NCBI GenBank assembly: GCA_030390025.1
Contig: CM059432.1
Location: forward strand, 18,354,001 to 18,418,000
Direction: 5' to 3'
Source of the DNA: Squalus acanthias
Taxonomy: Eukaryota
DNA: 64,000 nucleotides
Shown: piece by piece, positions 51,303 to 62,879 of the stretch
Position numbering within the stretch: position 1 is the stretch's first letter
Layout: each line of letters begins with the position of its first letter
The notes under the pieces: model-generated
What the model was told of the DNA's origin: nothing
Seen by the model: only the letters and a program-made list of their open reading frames with translations
Database searches by the model: none
Position numbers and translations under genes: made by a program

Positions 51303-53550
51303 AAGCAGATCTCGATGTGTTGTTGGAGTGGGCCTATGTTTGGTAAATGGTATTAACTATGATAGCAAGATTTTTATCTTTCGCCACAGGCTTCAGTTCT
51401 GTTCCTTGTAAGGTGTAAGTATGCTTAGTGTTGGTCCTACCCACATGCATAACACTGTTAGAAAATGATCTTGTTATCATAGCTCTTAACTCTCTAAATG
51501 TTCATGACCAATTCTGCAAAGCTAAAACAAATAGTGTACTGGGCTACATTTACAGGACTATCCATTACAGAATGAAACATACCATTTTGTCCTTGTACAA
51601 GACCTTGGTTAGGCCTCATTAAGAAGGCTGCGGCCAGTTTTTTCCCCCTTACATGGTGGGTGATATTAAGGCTTTGGAAAAGGTTCAGATGAGGGCCACA
51701 AGAATGATTCCCAGTTTAAAACATCATAGCTACCCAGATAGGGTTAAAGATCTAGGCGTAAGGTTTCCAAAATTTACAGATCCCCAAAACCTAAGGAAAA
51801 AGGACTTTGGAACTACCTCAGAGTGATAAAAATGCATTTGGGCCTAACATAAGGAATTTAAGACCAAAAACCAAGTCTTGGCATTTTAAAAACATGTCTG
51901 GGCCTGTAAAGGGAGAAAAGGCTGTGAAGGAAGTTGGTTTAACCTCTGTAAAAGCAGTTTTGGGTATTGCAGTTAATTGCAATGTCTGGGGAATCGGGAT
52001 GACCTCACTCAAAGCCCCAGCATGCATTAACATTTTGACAATAGACCCTGGGAGAAGACAGTCCCACCCAAAATAACAGGTCCCATCAAACCGATTACAG
52101 AGCCCATCAAGAAACATGCATAATACAGAGCAGCCAGGACTAGGCTATAGATCAGCCTAGGAACCCAAAACACAAAACCAATCACCAGCAATCAGCCAAG
52201 AAGATCGACAGGATGCAAACCATCCCAAAACCCATTTGACACTTACAGAGCAGTTACTGGTAGCAGGCCCACCAAATTCAGACAATGAACTGAACAGATT
52301 TGGCGGGTAGATAAGGCCATATTCAATGGGTCAGATTGAAGGCCTGTTAAAACCCAGTTAACGTGCTAGTAAATCGTTACCGATTTACGAGCCCGCCAAA
52401 ACTAGACAATGAACTGAACAGATTTGACGGGTAGATAAGGCCATTTCAATTCTGTATAATTGAAGGCCCACCAAAACACACACTGAGCTAGCTAGAAGAG
52501 AGAGAAACACTACAGTTCAGCGTTCGTTGGGTCGAGCAGTTAGTCGCAACCGGTGGTCATCAGAAGGAGGAGAGACCAAGAAGAAGAAGGCCTGAGCTGA
52601 AAGCAAGTCAGCATCGCTCACCACTCAGACACACCTGAGTCCAGCTCGCGAAGACACCACCTCGACGGATCTCCAACAACGGCCCCAACACAGTCACCCA
52701 GAGCAACAAGCAGCAACAAGTCACCAACAGCTCCACAAGGTCGACCGACACACCAACCAAGACCTAAAGCCATCGCGGAAACCAAAGCCCTCACGAAACC
52801 AACAACCGCACATTACCCCCAACTGACCGGGTAATCGCAGGCCACCGCGACCAACAAAGACCAACTCCAAGAGGAAGAAAACCCGAAGAATCGCAAAGTT
52901 TCCACACTACAAACTACTCCTGACTTACCCCTGGGTAAGATTTTCCCCAAAGACTCTAAGCCCTACTGCTCAACTAAAGAAATTGGGTACTCACCAGATA
53001 AATCCATAACGACATCCTACCGCATCAGTGGACTGGCGAAGACTGACCAGAGACCCAGGTGAAGTCCTCTACCGTGTACGGGGTACGGCAGACACTAACC
53101 GCCATAAACAGCGAACTCCAAAACTGCGATTTAGCCCAACTGTCAAAGGATTGGTGAGCATTATCCCTGGTCCTTCAAAACCTAACTTAGCTGGTAAAGT
53201 GGGGTTGGGAGGGGTGAAGTATTGTCCTACTGTCATTTCCCTCGCTTGTACCGAAGTGTTCCCCACCTTTAGAGTGATAAGAGTGTTATTATTTGTGTCT
53301 TACCTTTTAATAAAGATTGAAGTTCTTTCATCAAACTCAGTTGTCTGCTGCACCTTTGTATCACAACCCCCAAATAAGTCCAAGGTCTAGAACCAAGGGA
53401 ATGGGAGCGTTTCGAACTGCTCAGAAGTCAGAGGTAAAGCTGACACAAAACCACCACCCCCTACAAGGTTTATATATTTTAGAGAGGCATAGACTATGGG
53501 GCGATTTGGTTGAGGTCTATGAAATAAGGAAAAGACTAGACTGTGTGCAC
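51303..53550 (+). mobile_element. Old CR1-clade LINE split by LTR family A
   Basis: LYKTLVRPH...RVKDLG|LYILERHRLWGDLVEVYEI reads through when the LTR is removed. Confidence 0.7.
51757..53465 (+). mobile_element. Solo LTR, family A (1709 bp)
   Basis: Full-length homologue of 17728-19390; (C)GTAAGG...CCTACA; flanks AGG(C)/AGG(T); TATAA at 52455; AATAAA at 53309-53314. Confidence 0.88.
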
Positions 53551-54127
53551 ACTGACATTTATCACTGTTCCTTCATCATTGCTGGGTCAAAATCCTGGAA
53601 CTCCCTACCTAGCAGCATTGTAGGAGCACCTGTAGCACATGAATGAATAAAAGAAAATATGGTTGATTATAATGTCCTCTGAAGTGCACCAGCTTCATAA
53701 GTGGACGCTTATATGTACAAAAACATCCTGACCCGAGAAGATCCACCACCTTCTAAGGGTAACTGGGAAGGGCAATAACTGTGACTTAGTCACCCATATC
53801 CCAGGAACAAATTAAAACCTCATGTGAGCGGGTGAATATGCAGAAGTAAAGAAATTTGTCGTGGCACAATACTTGGTGCTCGCCCATTTAATGGTTCACA
53901 CAGGCAGCACTGTGATATAGCAACATGCCACAGTGGAAGGGAGAGAAAGAGCATTGACAAAGTTCGTTGTATGTTCTCTCTGTGATGGTGCACCAAGTTT
54001 ACAACGAGGAGCAATAAAGAGGCTCGACAGGACAACTTAGTAAGAATTTGGCACCTGGTTCTACACTTACCTTGGCAACCTTATATAGGCTGAAAAATGT
54101 CTTCCCTCACCTGCTCAATAAGGTGCA

Positions 54128-54430
54128 ACATAGAAACATAGAAACATAGAAACTAGGAGCAGGAGTAGGCCATTCGGCCCGTCGAGCCTGCTCCACCATT
54201 CAATACGATCATGGCTGATCATCCAAATCCAGTACCCTGTCCCTGCTTTCTCACACAGAATCCCCATCGAGCCTGCACCGACACATATCCCACCCTATCC
54301 CCGTAACCCCACGTATTTAATTCCCCCTAATATATCCCTTCCTATCCTATCCCCGTAACCCCACATATTTAATCCCCCCCTAACACTAAGGGTCAATTTA
54401 TCATAGCCAAATCAACCTAACCCGCACATA
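54128..54430 (-). mobile_element. CR1 tail (to about 54252) plus an HE1-like V-SINE 3' fragment with an internal duplication
   Basis: (ATAGAAAC)n tail; match to the reverse complement of 58470-58620; CCTATCCCCGTAACCCCAC segment present twice. Confidence 0.75.
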
Positions 54431-56480
54431 AAAAGTTACTGCACAAGGTAAGAGCTCAGGGGGTTGGGGGGAATATATTAGATTGGATAGAGGATTTGCT
54501 AACTAACAGAAAGCAGAGAGTCGGGATAAATGGATCACTTTCAGGTTGGCAAACTGTAACTAGTGGGGTGCCACAGGGATCAGTGCTGGGACCTCAACTA
54601 TTTACAATCTATATTAATGACTTGGATGAAGGGACCGAGTGTACTGTAGCCAAATTTGCTGACGATACAAAGATAGGTGGGAAAGCAAGTTGTGAGAAGG
54701 ACACAAAGGTCGGAATTTTGCCGGCGCTCAGGTTTTGATTTGGCTGTCTAGTCCCACCTCATTGGGAGAACCTCTCTCACCAGTGACAGATCGCTTCTGT
54801 AACCTCACCTGCAGCTGCCATCTGTTCTAACCTGGACACCTGCTGTCAACCTGCCTCCAATCAATCTTCCCAAGTGTCGGGTCCCGATTTGCGCATGGAC
54901 CCGACACATAACGGTGGGAAGAGGATTATAGCCACTTAACTGCTTGTTAACAGGTTGTTAATAGGCAGTTAAGAGGCTTTTTCCAATTTTGACACTTCTA
55001 CTGCGGGCTTCCCGGTGTCTGGACAGCACGCCAGGTAAGTGTGGCGTGTTGTGAGTCTGCTGTAATGTTTATGCATTGATGACAGCTGCAGAAGTGGTGT
55101 GAAGGATCCAATGGTGCACTGGTGAGTTTCAGAGGTAAGAAAATGTTGGGAAATTCATTTTTAATGCATTTAGACTTTTCTGTAGGTAACGGGTTTTGAA
55201 TTGGCTGTCCAGTCCCATCTCATTGGGAGAACCTCTCTCACCAGTGACAGATCACTTCTGTAACCTCACCTGCAGCTGTCATCTGTTCTAACCTAAGGAG
55301 GGAGTCACTGGAAAGCCTAGGTGCAAGAGCTCACCTGTGAACAGTGATTGTCAGTGTTTGCAGCACCTCAATGCTGTCAAACACTGAAAAATCAACTGTC
55401 AAAAAAATATTGTGCATGGTCCCTTTAAGAAAACCGGCAGATGACGCGTCATCAAATGACATCATCTGACACCGGCTTCCTCTTAATTGGCCGGCAAGCC
55501 CCGCACGGCGGGCTTAACAAGACCAATTGACGTAAAATTACGTCTGTGGGCCGGATGTAGTTGGGGGCGGGACTGGAACCGGAAGGCAGCTGACCCACTC
55601 CCAAGCCGCCTCGAAGCATAAAATCACGGTCAAAGAGTCTGCAAAGGGATATAGATAGGTTAAGTGAGTGGGCAAAAACTTGGCAGATGGAGTATAATGT
55701 GGGAAAATGTGAGGTTATCCACTTTGGTAGGAAGAATACAAAAGCAAAACATTATTTAAATGGAGAGAGACTACAGAATGCTGTGGTACAGAGGGATCTG
55801 GGGGTCCTTGTGCATGAATCACAAAAAGTTAGCATGCAGGTACAGCAAGTAATTAGGAAGGCAAATGGAATGTTGGCCTTTATTGCAAGGGGGATGGAGT
55901 ATAAAAGTAGGGAAGTCTTGCTACAACTGTACAGGGCATTGGTGAGACCGCACCTGGAGTACTGCGTACAGTTTTGGTCTCCTTATTTAAGGAGGGATAT
56001 ACTTGCATTGGAGGCAGTTCAAAGAAGGTTCACTAGGTTGATTCCTGGGGTGAAGGGGTTGTCTTATGAGGAAAGGCTGAGCAGGTTGGGCCTATACTCA
56101 TTGAAGTTTAGAAGAATGAGAGGTGATCTTATTGAAACATATAAGATTCTAAGGGGTAGTTGCTGAGAAGATGTTTCCCCCAGTGGGGGAATCTAGAACT
56201 AGGGGGCATAGTTTCAGAATAAGGGGTCGCCCATTTAAAACGGAGATGAGGAGGAATTTCTTCTTTCAGGGGGTCGTGAATTTTTGGAATTCTCTACCCC
56301 AGAGAGCTGTGGAGGCTGATTTTTGAACTACAGGGGAGTCAAAGGTCATGGAGAGCAGGCAGAAAAGTGGAGTTGAGGCCAAGATCAGATCAGCCATGAT
56401 CTTATTGAATGGCGGAGCAGGCTCGAGGAGCCAAATGACCGACTCCTGCTCCTATTTCTTATGTTATTATGCTCTTATGT
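54430..56480 (+). mobile_element. CR1 LINE split by MITE C
   Basis: SGVPQGSVLGPQLF..YINDL..KFADDTK, then KCEVIHFG...LEYCVQFWSPY after the MITE. Confidence 0.92.
54708..55631. mobile_element. Harbinger-type MITE subfamily C (inverted relative to 12713-13558)
   Basis: TSD AAA; degenerate TIRs; CR1 reading frame rejoins across it; internal homology to 12713-13558. Confidence 0.82.
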
Positions 56481-56673
56481 TCCCAGTCTCAGTCCACAGG
56501 TTAAGACTGCATTGATACACTCTGTCACCGACATTACGCTGCTCGAGTTGTAGTTTTATGTGCAAGTTGGTCCTTACCATCAAATGGAGACAACCTTTGC
56601 TGCAGGATTTCCTGCGCCAGGACCTCTAGTGTCTACTCACTGAATGGGACCGTTCTGCCCCAAATCATTTTTA

Positions 56674-57170
56674 GGAACATAAGAACAGAAGTATGCCGTT
56701 CACCCCTTCAAGCCTGTTCCGCCATTCGATTGGATCGTGGCTGATCTGTATCTTAATTGCATCTACCCGTCTTGATTCCGTGATCCTTCATCCTCTTGCC
56801 TAACAAAAATCTATCAATCTCAGTTTTGAAATTTTCAATTGATCTCGCCTCAACAGCTTATTGGGGGAGAGAATTCCAGATCGGCACTACCCTTTGTGTG
56901 AAGAAGTGTTCCCTGACATAGGAACATCGGAACGTAGGAACAGGAATAGCCCACTGAGCCCCTCGAGCCTGTTTTGCCATACAGTTAGATCATGGCTGAT
57001 CTGCGACCCAACTCCATATACCCGCCATTGCCCCATATCCCTTAATACCTTTATACATCACCACTGAATGGCCTGGCTCTAATTTTAAGGTTATGCCCCC
57101 TTGTTCTGGAAACCCCCGCCAGAGAAAATAGTTTCTCTCTATCTACCCGATCAACCCCTTTAATCATTTT
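56674..57170 (-). mobile_element. CR1 3' end with a second CR1 tail nested at about 56917-57055
   Basis: Two consecutive CR1 3'UTR and tail segments. Confidence 0.75.
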
Positions 57171-57171
57171 T

Positions 57172-60100
57172 TAAAAATTTGTTTATGGGATGTGGGCGTC
57201 GCTGGCAAGGCCAGCATTTATTGCCCATCCCTAATTTCCCTCGAGAAGGTGGTGGTGAGCCCCCTTCTTGAAGCGCTGCAGTCCGTGTGGTGAAGGTAAT
57301 TCCACAGTGCTGTTAGGTAGGGAGTTCCAGGAATTTGACCCAGCGACGATGAAGGAACAGCGATATATTTCCAAGTTGGGATGGTGCGTGACTTGGAAGG
57401 AAACTTGGAGGTGGTGGTGTTCCCATGCGCCAGCTGCCCTTGTCCTTCTAGGTGGAAGAGGTCGCGGGTTTGGGAGGTGCAGCCAAAGAAGCCTTGGCGA
57501 GTTGCTACAGTGCATCTTGTAGATGGTACACACTGCAGCCACGGTACGCCGGTGGTGGAGGGAGTGAATGTTTAAGGTGGTGGATGGGATGCCAATCAAG
57601 CGGGCTGCTTTGTCCTGGATGGTGTCGAGCTTCTTGAGTGTTGTTGGAGCTGCACTCATCCAGGCAAGTGGAGATTATTCCATCACACTCCTCACTTGTG
57701 CCTTGTAGATGATGGAAAGGCTTTGGGAGTCAGGAGGTGAGACACTCGCCGCAGAATAACTAGCCTCTGACCTGCTCTTGTTGCCGCAGTATTTATGTGG
57801 CTGGTCCAGTTAAGTCTCTGGTCAATCGTAAACCCCAGGATGTTGATGGTGAGGGATTCGGCAATGGTAATGTCGTTGAATGTCACGGGGCGGTGGTTAG
57901 ATTCTTGCTTGTTGGAGATAGTCATTGCCTGGCACTTGTGTGGCATGTATGTTACTTGTCACCCCAAGCCTGAACATCGTTCAGGTCTTGTTACATTCGG
58001 GCATGGACTGCTTCATTATCTGAGGAGTTGCGAATGGCACTGAACACGGTGCAGTCATCAGCGAACATCCCCATTTCTGACCTTATGTTGGAGGGAAGGT
58101 CATTGATGAAGCAGCTGAAGATGGTTGGTCCTAGGACACTGCCCTGCGGAACTCCTGCAGCTGTGATGATTGACCTTCAAGCATCACAACCATCTTCCTT
58201 TGTGCTAGGTATGACTCCAGCAAGTGGAGAGTTCCCCCCCTCCCCGATTCCCATTGACTTCAGTTTTACTAGGGCTCCTTGATGCCACACTCGGTCAAAT
58301 GCTGCCTTGGTGGCAACACGGTGGCATAGTGGTTAGCACTGTTGCCTCACAGCGCCAGGGACCCGGATTCGAATCCGGCCGAGGGTGACTGTCTGTGTGG
58401 AGTTTGCACATTCTCCCCGTGTCTGCGTGGGTTTCCTCCAGGTGCTCCGGTTTCCTCCCACAGTCCAAAGATGTGCGGGTTAGGTTGATTTGGCTATGAT
58501 AAATTGACCCTTAGTGTTAGGGGGATTAAATACGTGGGGTTACGGGGATAGGGTGGGATATGTGTCGGTGCAGGCTCGATGGGCCGAAATGGCCTCTATC
58601 TGCACTGTGGGGATTCTGTGATGTCTAGGGCAGTCACTCTCACCTCACCTCTGGAATTCAGCGCCTTTGTCCATGTTTGGACCAAGGCTGTAATGAGGTC
58701 GGGAGCCGAGTGGTCTTGGCGGAACCCAAACTGGGCATCAGTGCCGCTTGATAGCACTGTTGATGACACCTTCCATCACTTTGCTGATAATTGAGATAGA
58801 CCGATGGGGCGGTAATTGGCTTTGTCCTGCTTTTTGTGGACAGGACATGCCTGAGCAGTTTTCCACATTGTCGGATAGATGCCAGTGCTGTAGCTGTACT
58901 GGAACAGCTTGGCTAGAGGCGCGGCTGGATCTGGAACACAAGCCTTCAACACGATAGCTGGGATGTTGTCAGGGCCTATAGCCTTTGCTGTATCCAGTGC
59001 ACTCAGCCGTTTCTTGATATCACGTGGAGTGAATCGAATTGGCTGAAGACTGGCTTCTGTGAGGGTGGGGACCTCAGGAGTAGGCCGATATGGATCATCC
59101 ACTCAGCGCTTCTGGCTGAAGATGGTTGCAAACGCTTCAGCCTTGTCTTTTGCACTCACGTGCTGGGCTCCACCATCATTGAGGATTGGATATTCATGGA
59201 GCCTCCTCCTCCCGTTAGTTGTTTAATGGTCCACCACCATTCACGACTGGATGTGGCAGGACTGCAGAGCTTTGATCTGATCCATTGTGGGATCGTTTAG
59301 CCCTTTCTATAGCATGCTGCTTCCTCTTTTTAGCATGCATGTAGTCCTGTGTTGCAGCTTCCCACCTCATTTTTAGGTACGCCTGGTAAGACGGGACTTC
59401 GTCTCCACAAGGAGTGTGCAGGGGGTCACTGCTACCAATACTGTCATGGACTAGATGCATCCGCAACAGGTAGATTGGTGAGGACAAGGTCAAGTTGGTT
59501 TTTTCCCCTTGTGTTGGTTCTCTCACCACCTGTCGCAGACCGTTATGTCCTTCAGGACTCGGCCAGTAGTACATTGAAGTCCCCCACCCAGAGTACATTC
59601 TGTGCCCTTGCTACCCTCACTGCTTCTTCCAAGTGGTGTTCAACATGGAGGAGTACTGATTCATCTACTGAGGGAGGGCAGTAGGTGGTAATCAACAGGA
59701 GGAGGTTTTATTGCCCATGCTTGACCTGAAGTCATGAGATTCGGGTCTGGAGTCAATGTTGAGGACTCCCAGGGCCATTCCTTCCCAACTGTATACCACT
59801 GTGCTGCCCTAAGTAGGATGGTGATAGAGGAGTTTGGGACATTGGCTGAAGGGTATGATTATGTCAGGCTGTTGCTCTCCCAATTTTGGCACAAGTCCCA
59901 CAGAGGAGGACTTTGCAGGGTCATCTGGGCTGGGTGTGCCATTGCCGTGTCTGTAGCCGGTGCCGAGTGGTCCATCCAGTTTCATTCTTATTATTGTGTT
60001 TCGTAGCAGTTTGTTAGGCTATTTCAGAGGGCAATTAAGAGTCAACCACATTGCTGTGGTTCTGGAGTCACATATAGGCCAGACCAGGTAAGGACTGCAG

Positions 60101-60314
60101 ATTTCCTTCCCTAAAGGACATTAGTGAACCAGATGGGCTTTTACGACTATCGGATAGTTTCACCGATACTAGCTTTTTATTCCGGATTTTTATTTAATTA
60201 ACTGAATTTAAATTCCCCAGCTGCCGTGTTGGGATTTGAACTCACGTCTCTCGATCATTAATTCCAGGCTTTGGATTACTAGCCCAGTGACATTACCACT
60301 ATGCTACCGTCCCC
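57172..60314 (-). mobile_element. RTEX-like LINE spanning 5' to 3' end (internally deleted) with a tRNA-derived 5' head
   Basis: APE motifs (QQPDII, YCPPS, VLWVGDFNV), KAIGPDNIP...NYRPI, MFADDCT, 3' tail; A and B boxes at 60296-60306 and 60232-60241. Confidence 0.82.
58310..58620 (+). mobile_element. HE1-like V-SINE nested in the RTEX-like LINE
   Basis: tRNA head GGTGGCATAGTGGTTAGCAC...ATTCGAATCC; V-domain GTGTGGAGTTTGCACATTCTCCCCGTGTCTGCGTGGGTTTCCTCC; CR1-type tail. Confidence 0.88.
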
Positions 60315-61321
60315 GATCACGTAAGCACCTTTTCCAGTGTAAAGTCCTAGTCCACTTTAAGGGAAGCTCTTTAAGTGCTGCTGGTGCAGGAAATTCTGCC
60401 GCCTGTCCTCAGCACACCTCCAGCACATGACGTGCAACATGCTGCGAGCATCTTAAAATTCTGTGAATGAGCTGACCTTACATTGCGAGGCAGGATCGGC
60501 TCGCTTGGGCACAAGTACAGCCGAAAGTTGGCAGGTAGTGTAATGTCATTGACCCCAAAATGTCAATCATGCAGTTTCACAGCTGCCTCAGAGTTGTAGA
60601 ACAGTATAGCAATTTTTTTAATAATGAATTATCAATTGATTTTAGTTTTACATGATTATACAGTATAGTTCCATGTCATTGTAAATGTGGGGGCAGACTG
60701 GTACTGTAAGGTACATTTTGTTTCTGGCTGTTAACAGAATTTATATTGACTGGATGTTGACAGTGATTTGAGGTTTTCTGGGAAGCAGAGATGTAAAGTT
60801 GGAAAAATCGTTAGCGATTACAGGGTAAGACCATTAGGGATCGGTAAACTATTGGACACTTTTGCATGCAGTTATTAAACCAAGAACTGAGGATCATATC
60901 TTATGCTTACAGACCATAAGCATCAGCGTTCTCTTACATGTGTAATTTATCTCCACGCCAATTTCAAATACACTTTCATTCATGTGGATTGCGTAGTCCT
61001 TTCTCTCTCCCCCAACCCCTCACAACCACCTCAGAGTTATATCCCGAACGTGAAGTAGTTTAACTATGAGTCCACGAGACTTTCATCCATAAACTGAATC
61101 CTGTCAGGTTTAAATCGTGTAGAATGTAATGTTAGGCCAATAGAGTGGAACTGTTGCTCAATTACCTTTGACTGAAAGAAGGAAGTTTTCTACAAAGTTT
61201 AACCCTTACTACGCTGTCAATGAGCTATCTAATCTAGCCACAATCTTGCTTGATCGGCTGAAAAAGTAGCCTTTGAAGCTGCTGTTCGTGCAATCAGAGA
61301 CCAACTTTGTCAACGTGGGGC

Positions 61322-61465
61322 ATAGAATCAGAGAATCATACAGCACAGAAGAAGGCCATTCAGCCCGTCGTCTCTCTGCTGAATCTTTGAAAGAGCTGTC
61401 CCAATTAGCCCCATTCCCCTGCTCGTTCCTCACAGCCCTGCAAATCTTTCCTTGTCAAGTATAAA
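61322..61465 (-). mobile_element. CR1 3' tail fragment
   Basis: Matches 10795-10950. Confidence 0.75.
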
Positions 61466-62879
61466 TGTTGTTTAGTTTTGTTTTATAAGGTTAATGCTAC
61501 AGTAATAAAGCACATCTGCACCTCACATCTGAGTTGCATTATAACTGTAATATTGGTGTGTGTTTCACACCACAGTGTATGAACTGCTAACTGATTGAAG
61601 TTCACTTACGTGGCTGGCAGATTTTGGACAGGATCAACTTGGCTGAGGTGTGCCCCTCCTTACTGTGGACTGTTCTGCTCGGGCTGCCTCGCCTCATTCA
61701 TGATGAATGGCTATTTGGGTGCGGTATCAAAGGACAGCTGTCCCCCCCCCTGTCGAACTGTACCCCAGTATGTTAGAACCTCCAGGTGAGGAAAGGAAAG
61801 AAAGGAAGGAACAAAAAAGAAGGGTTTTCTTTACAAAAAAAACAAAGTTTCCTTTCCATTCACTTTTCAATTTGACACAGCGATATATGTTTGTTTTTGT
61901 TGGATGGTTCGATAGCTTGAAAGGCGATATAAATCATTTCAGTGACTTAGGATAAGAAAACATCGTATTAGCACTGTCTGAACTGCTGCATTAAACTGAA
62001 TTAAATTCAACAGCAACTACTGAAGCATGTGCCCAGTCTAAATTGTTTAATTAGTTTTTTATTACCAGTACTACTTTTCATCCAAAAGCTTTTCCCTTAC
62101 TCGCGTTTAGGTCCAAAAAAAAAGACATTGGAAAATCATTCCCACTGAAGCTTAACCTCTCAGCTGCTAGTGTACATTTATTCAAAAGGCCTCTCCCCTG
62201 ACAGCTAATTTGTCCTAATTCTCATAATGCTTTACTCTATTTTATCTTACATAAGGTGAGCTACGCAAAGCGAGGGAGAGAGCAAGGATACAGGCTGCAG
62301 AAAACCATACTTGTCGCCTTGTCAGAACATTTAGGTCAAAGGTACAATAAGCCTAATTGTGATTGGCCACTCAGATGTTGTTTCGTTTCATTATGATAAA
62401 GATGGAGGTCGGTGTCGACTCATATCTGCTGATTTTGAGGGTCTCTGTATGGCGGGAACAGGACAGTAGCGAAAACCATGGCACTGAACTTACCGCCTAT
62501 TCTCGTTCCTGATCCACCTGCCGCCATTCTTTTTGGAGCCTTCATAAGGGCGGCCCAGGTGCTCACCAGAAGTAGGCAAGAACCTCATTATAATATTCAA
62601 ATCAAGGTCCTATGATGTCAATAGGACACTGAGTCCATTTTAGCCACAAAAACTGTAAGTACCAGCACAGTGCTGGGCACACGCTGTACTACTGGGTGGT
62701 ACAAGCAATGAAATGGCCTTTGGAAGTGCTTCTTTAAAGGACACTCATCTGCAATCACTCAGATCACTGGAATCTGATTCGAAATATTCTGGATTGGTTT
62801 ATACAGACATCTCGGACTTGGAAATTGTTTCAATTCTGCTTGATTCTCCTTCAAAACCTTCAGGAAGCTGACGGAGGTA

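Noticed and set aside
16393..53465. Full provirus or inverted segmental duplication between the LTR copies
   Set aside because: Same-family LTRs are in opposite orientation with separate TSDs, and I see no gag, pol or env between them.
58310..58385. tRNA gene (also 38755-38820 and 60225-60314)
   Set aside because: These are tRNA-derived SINE or LINE heads followed by element body, not stand-alone tRNAs.
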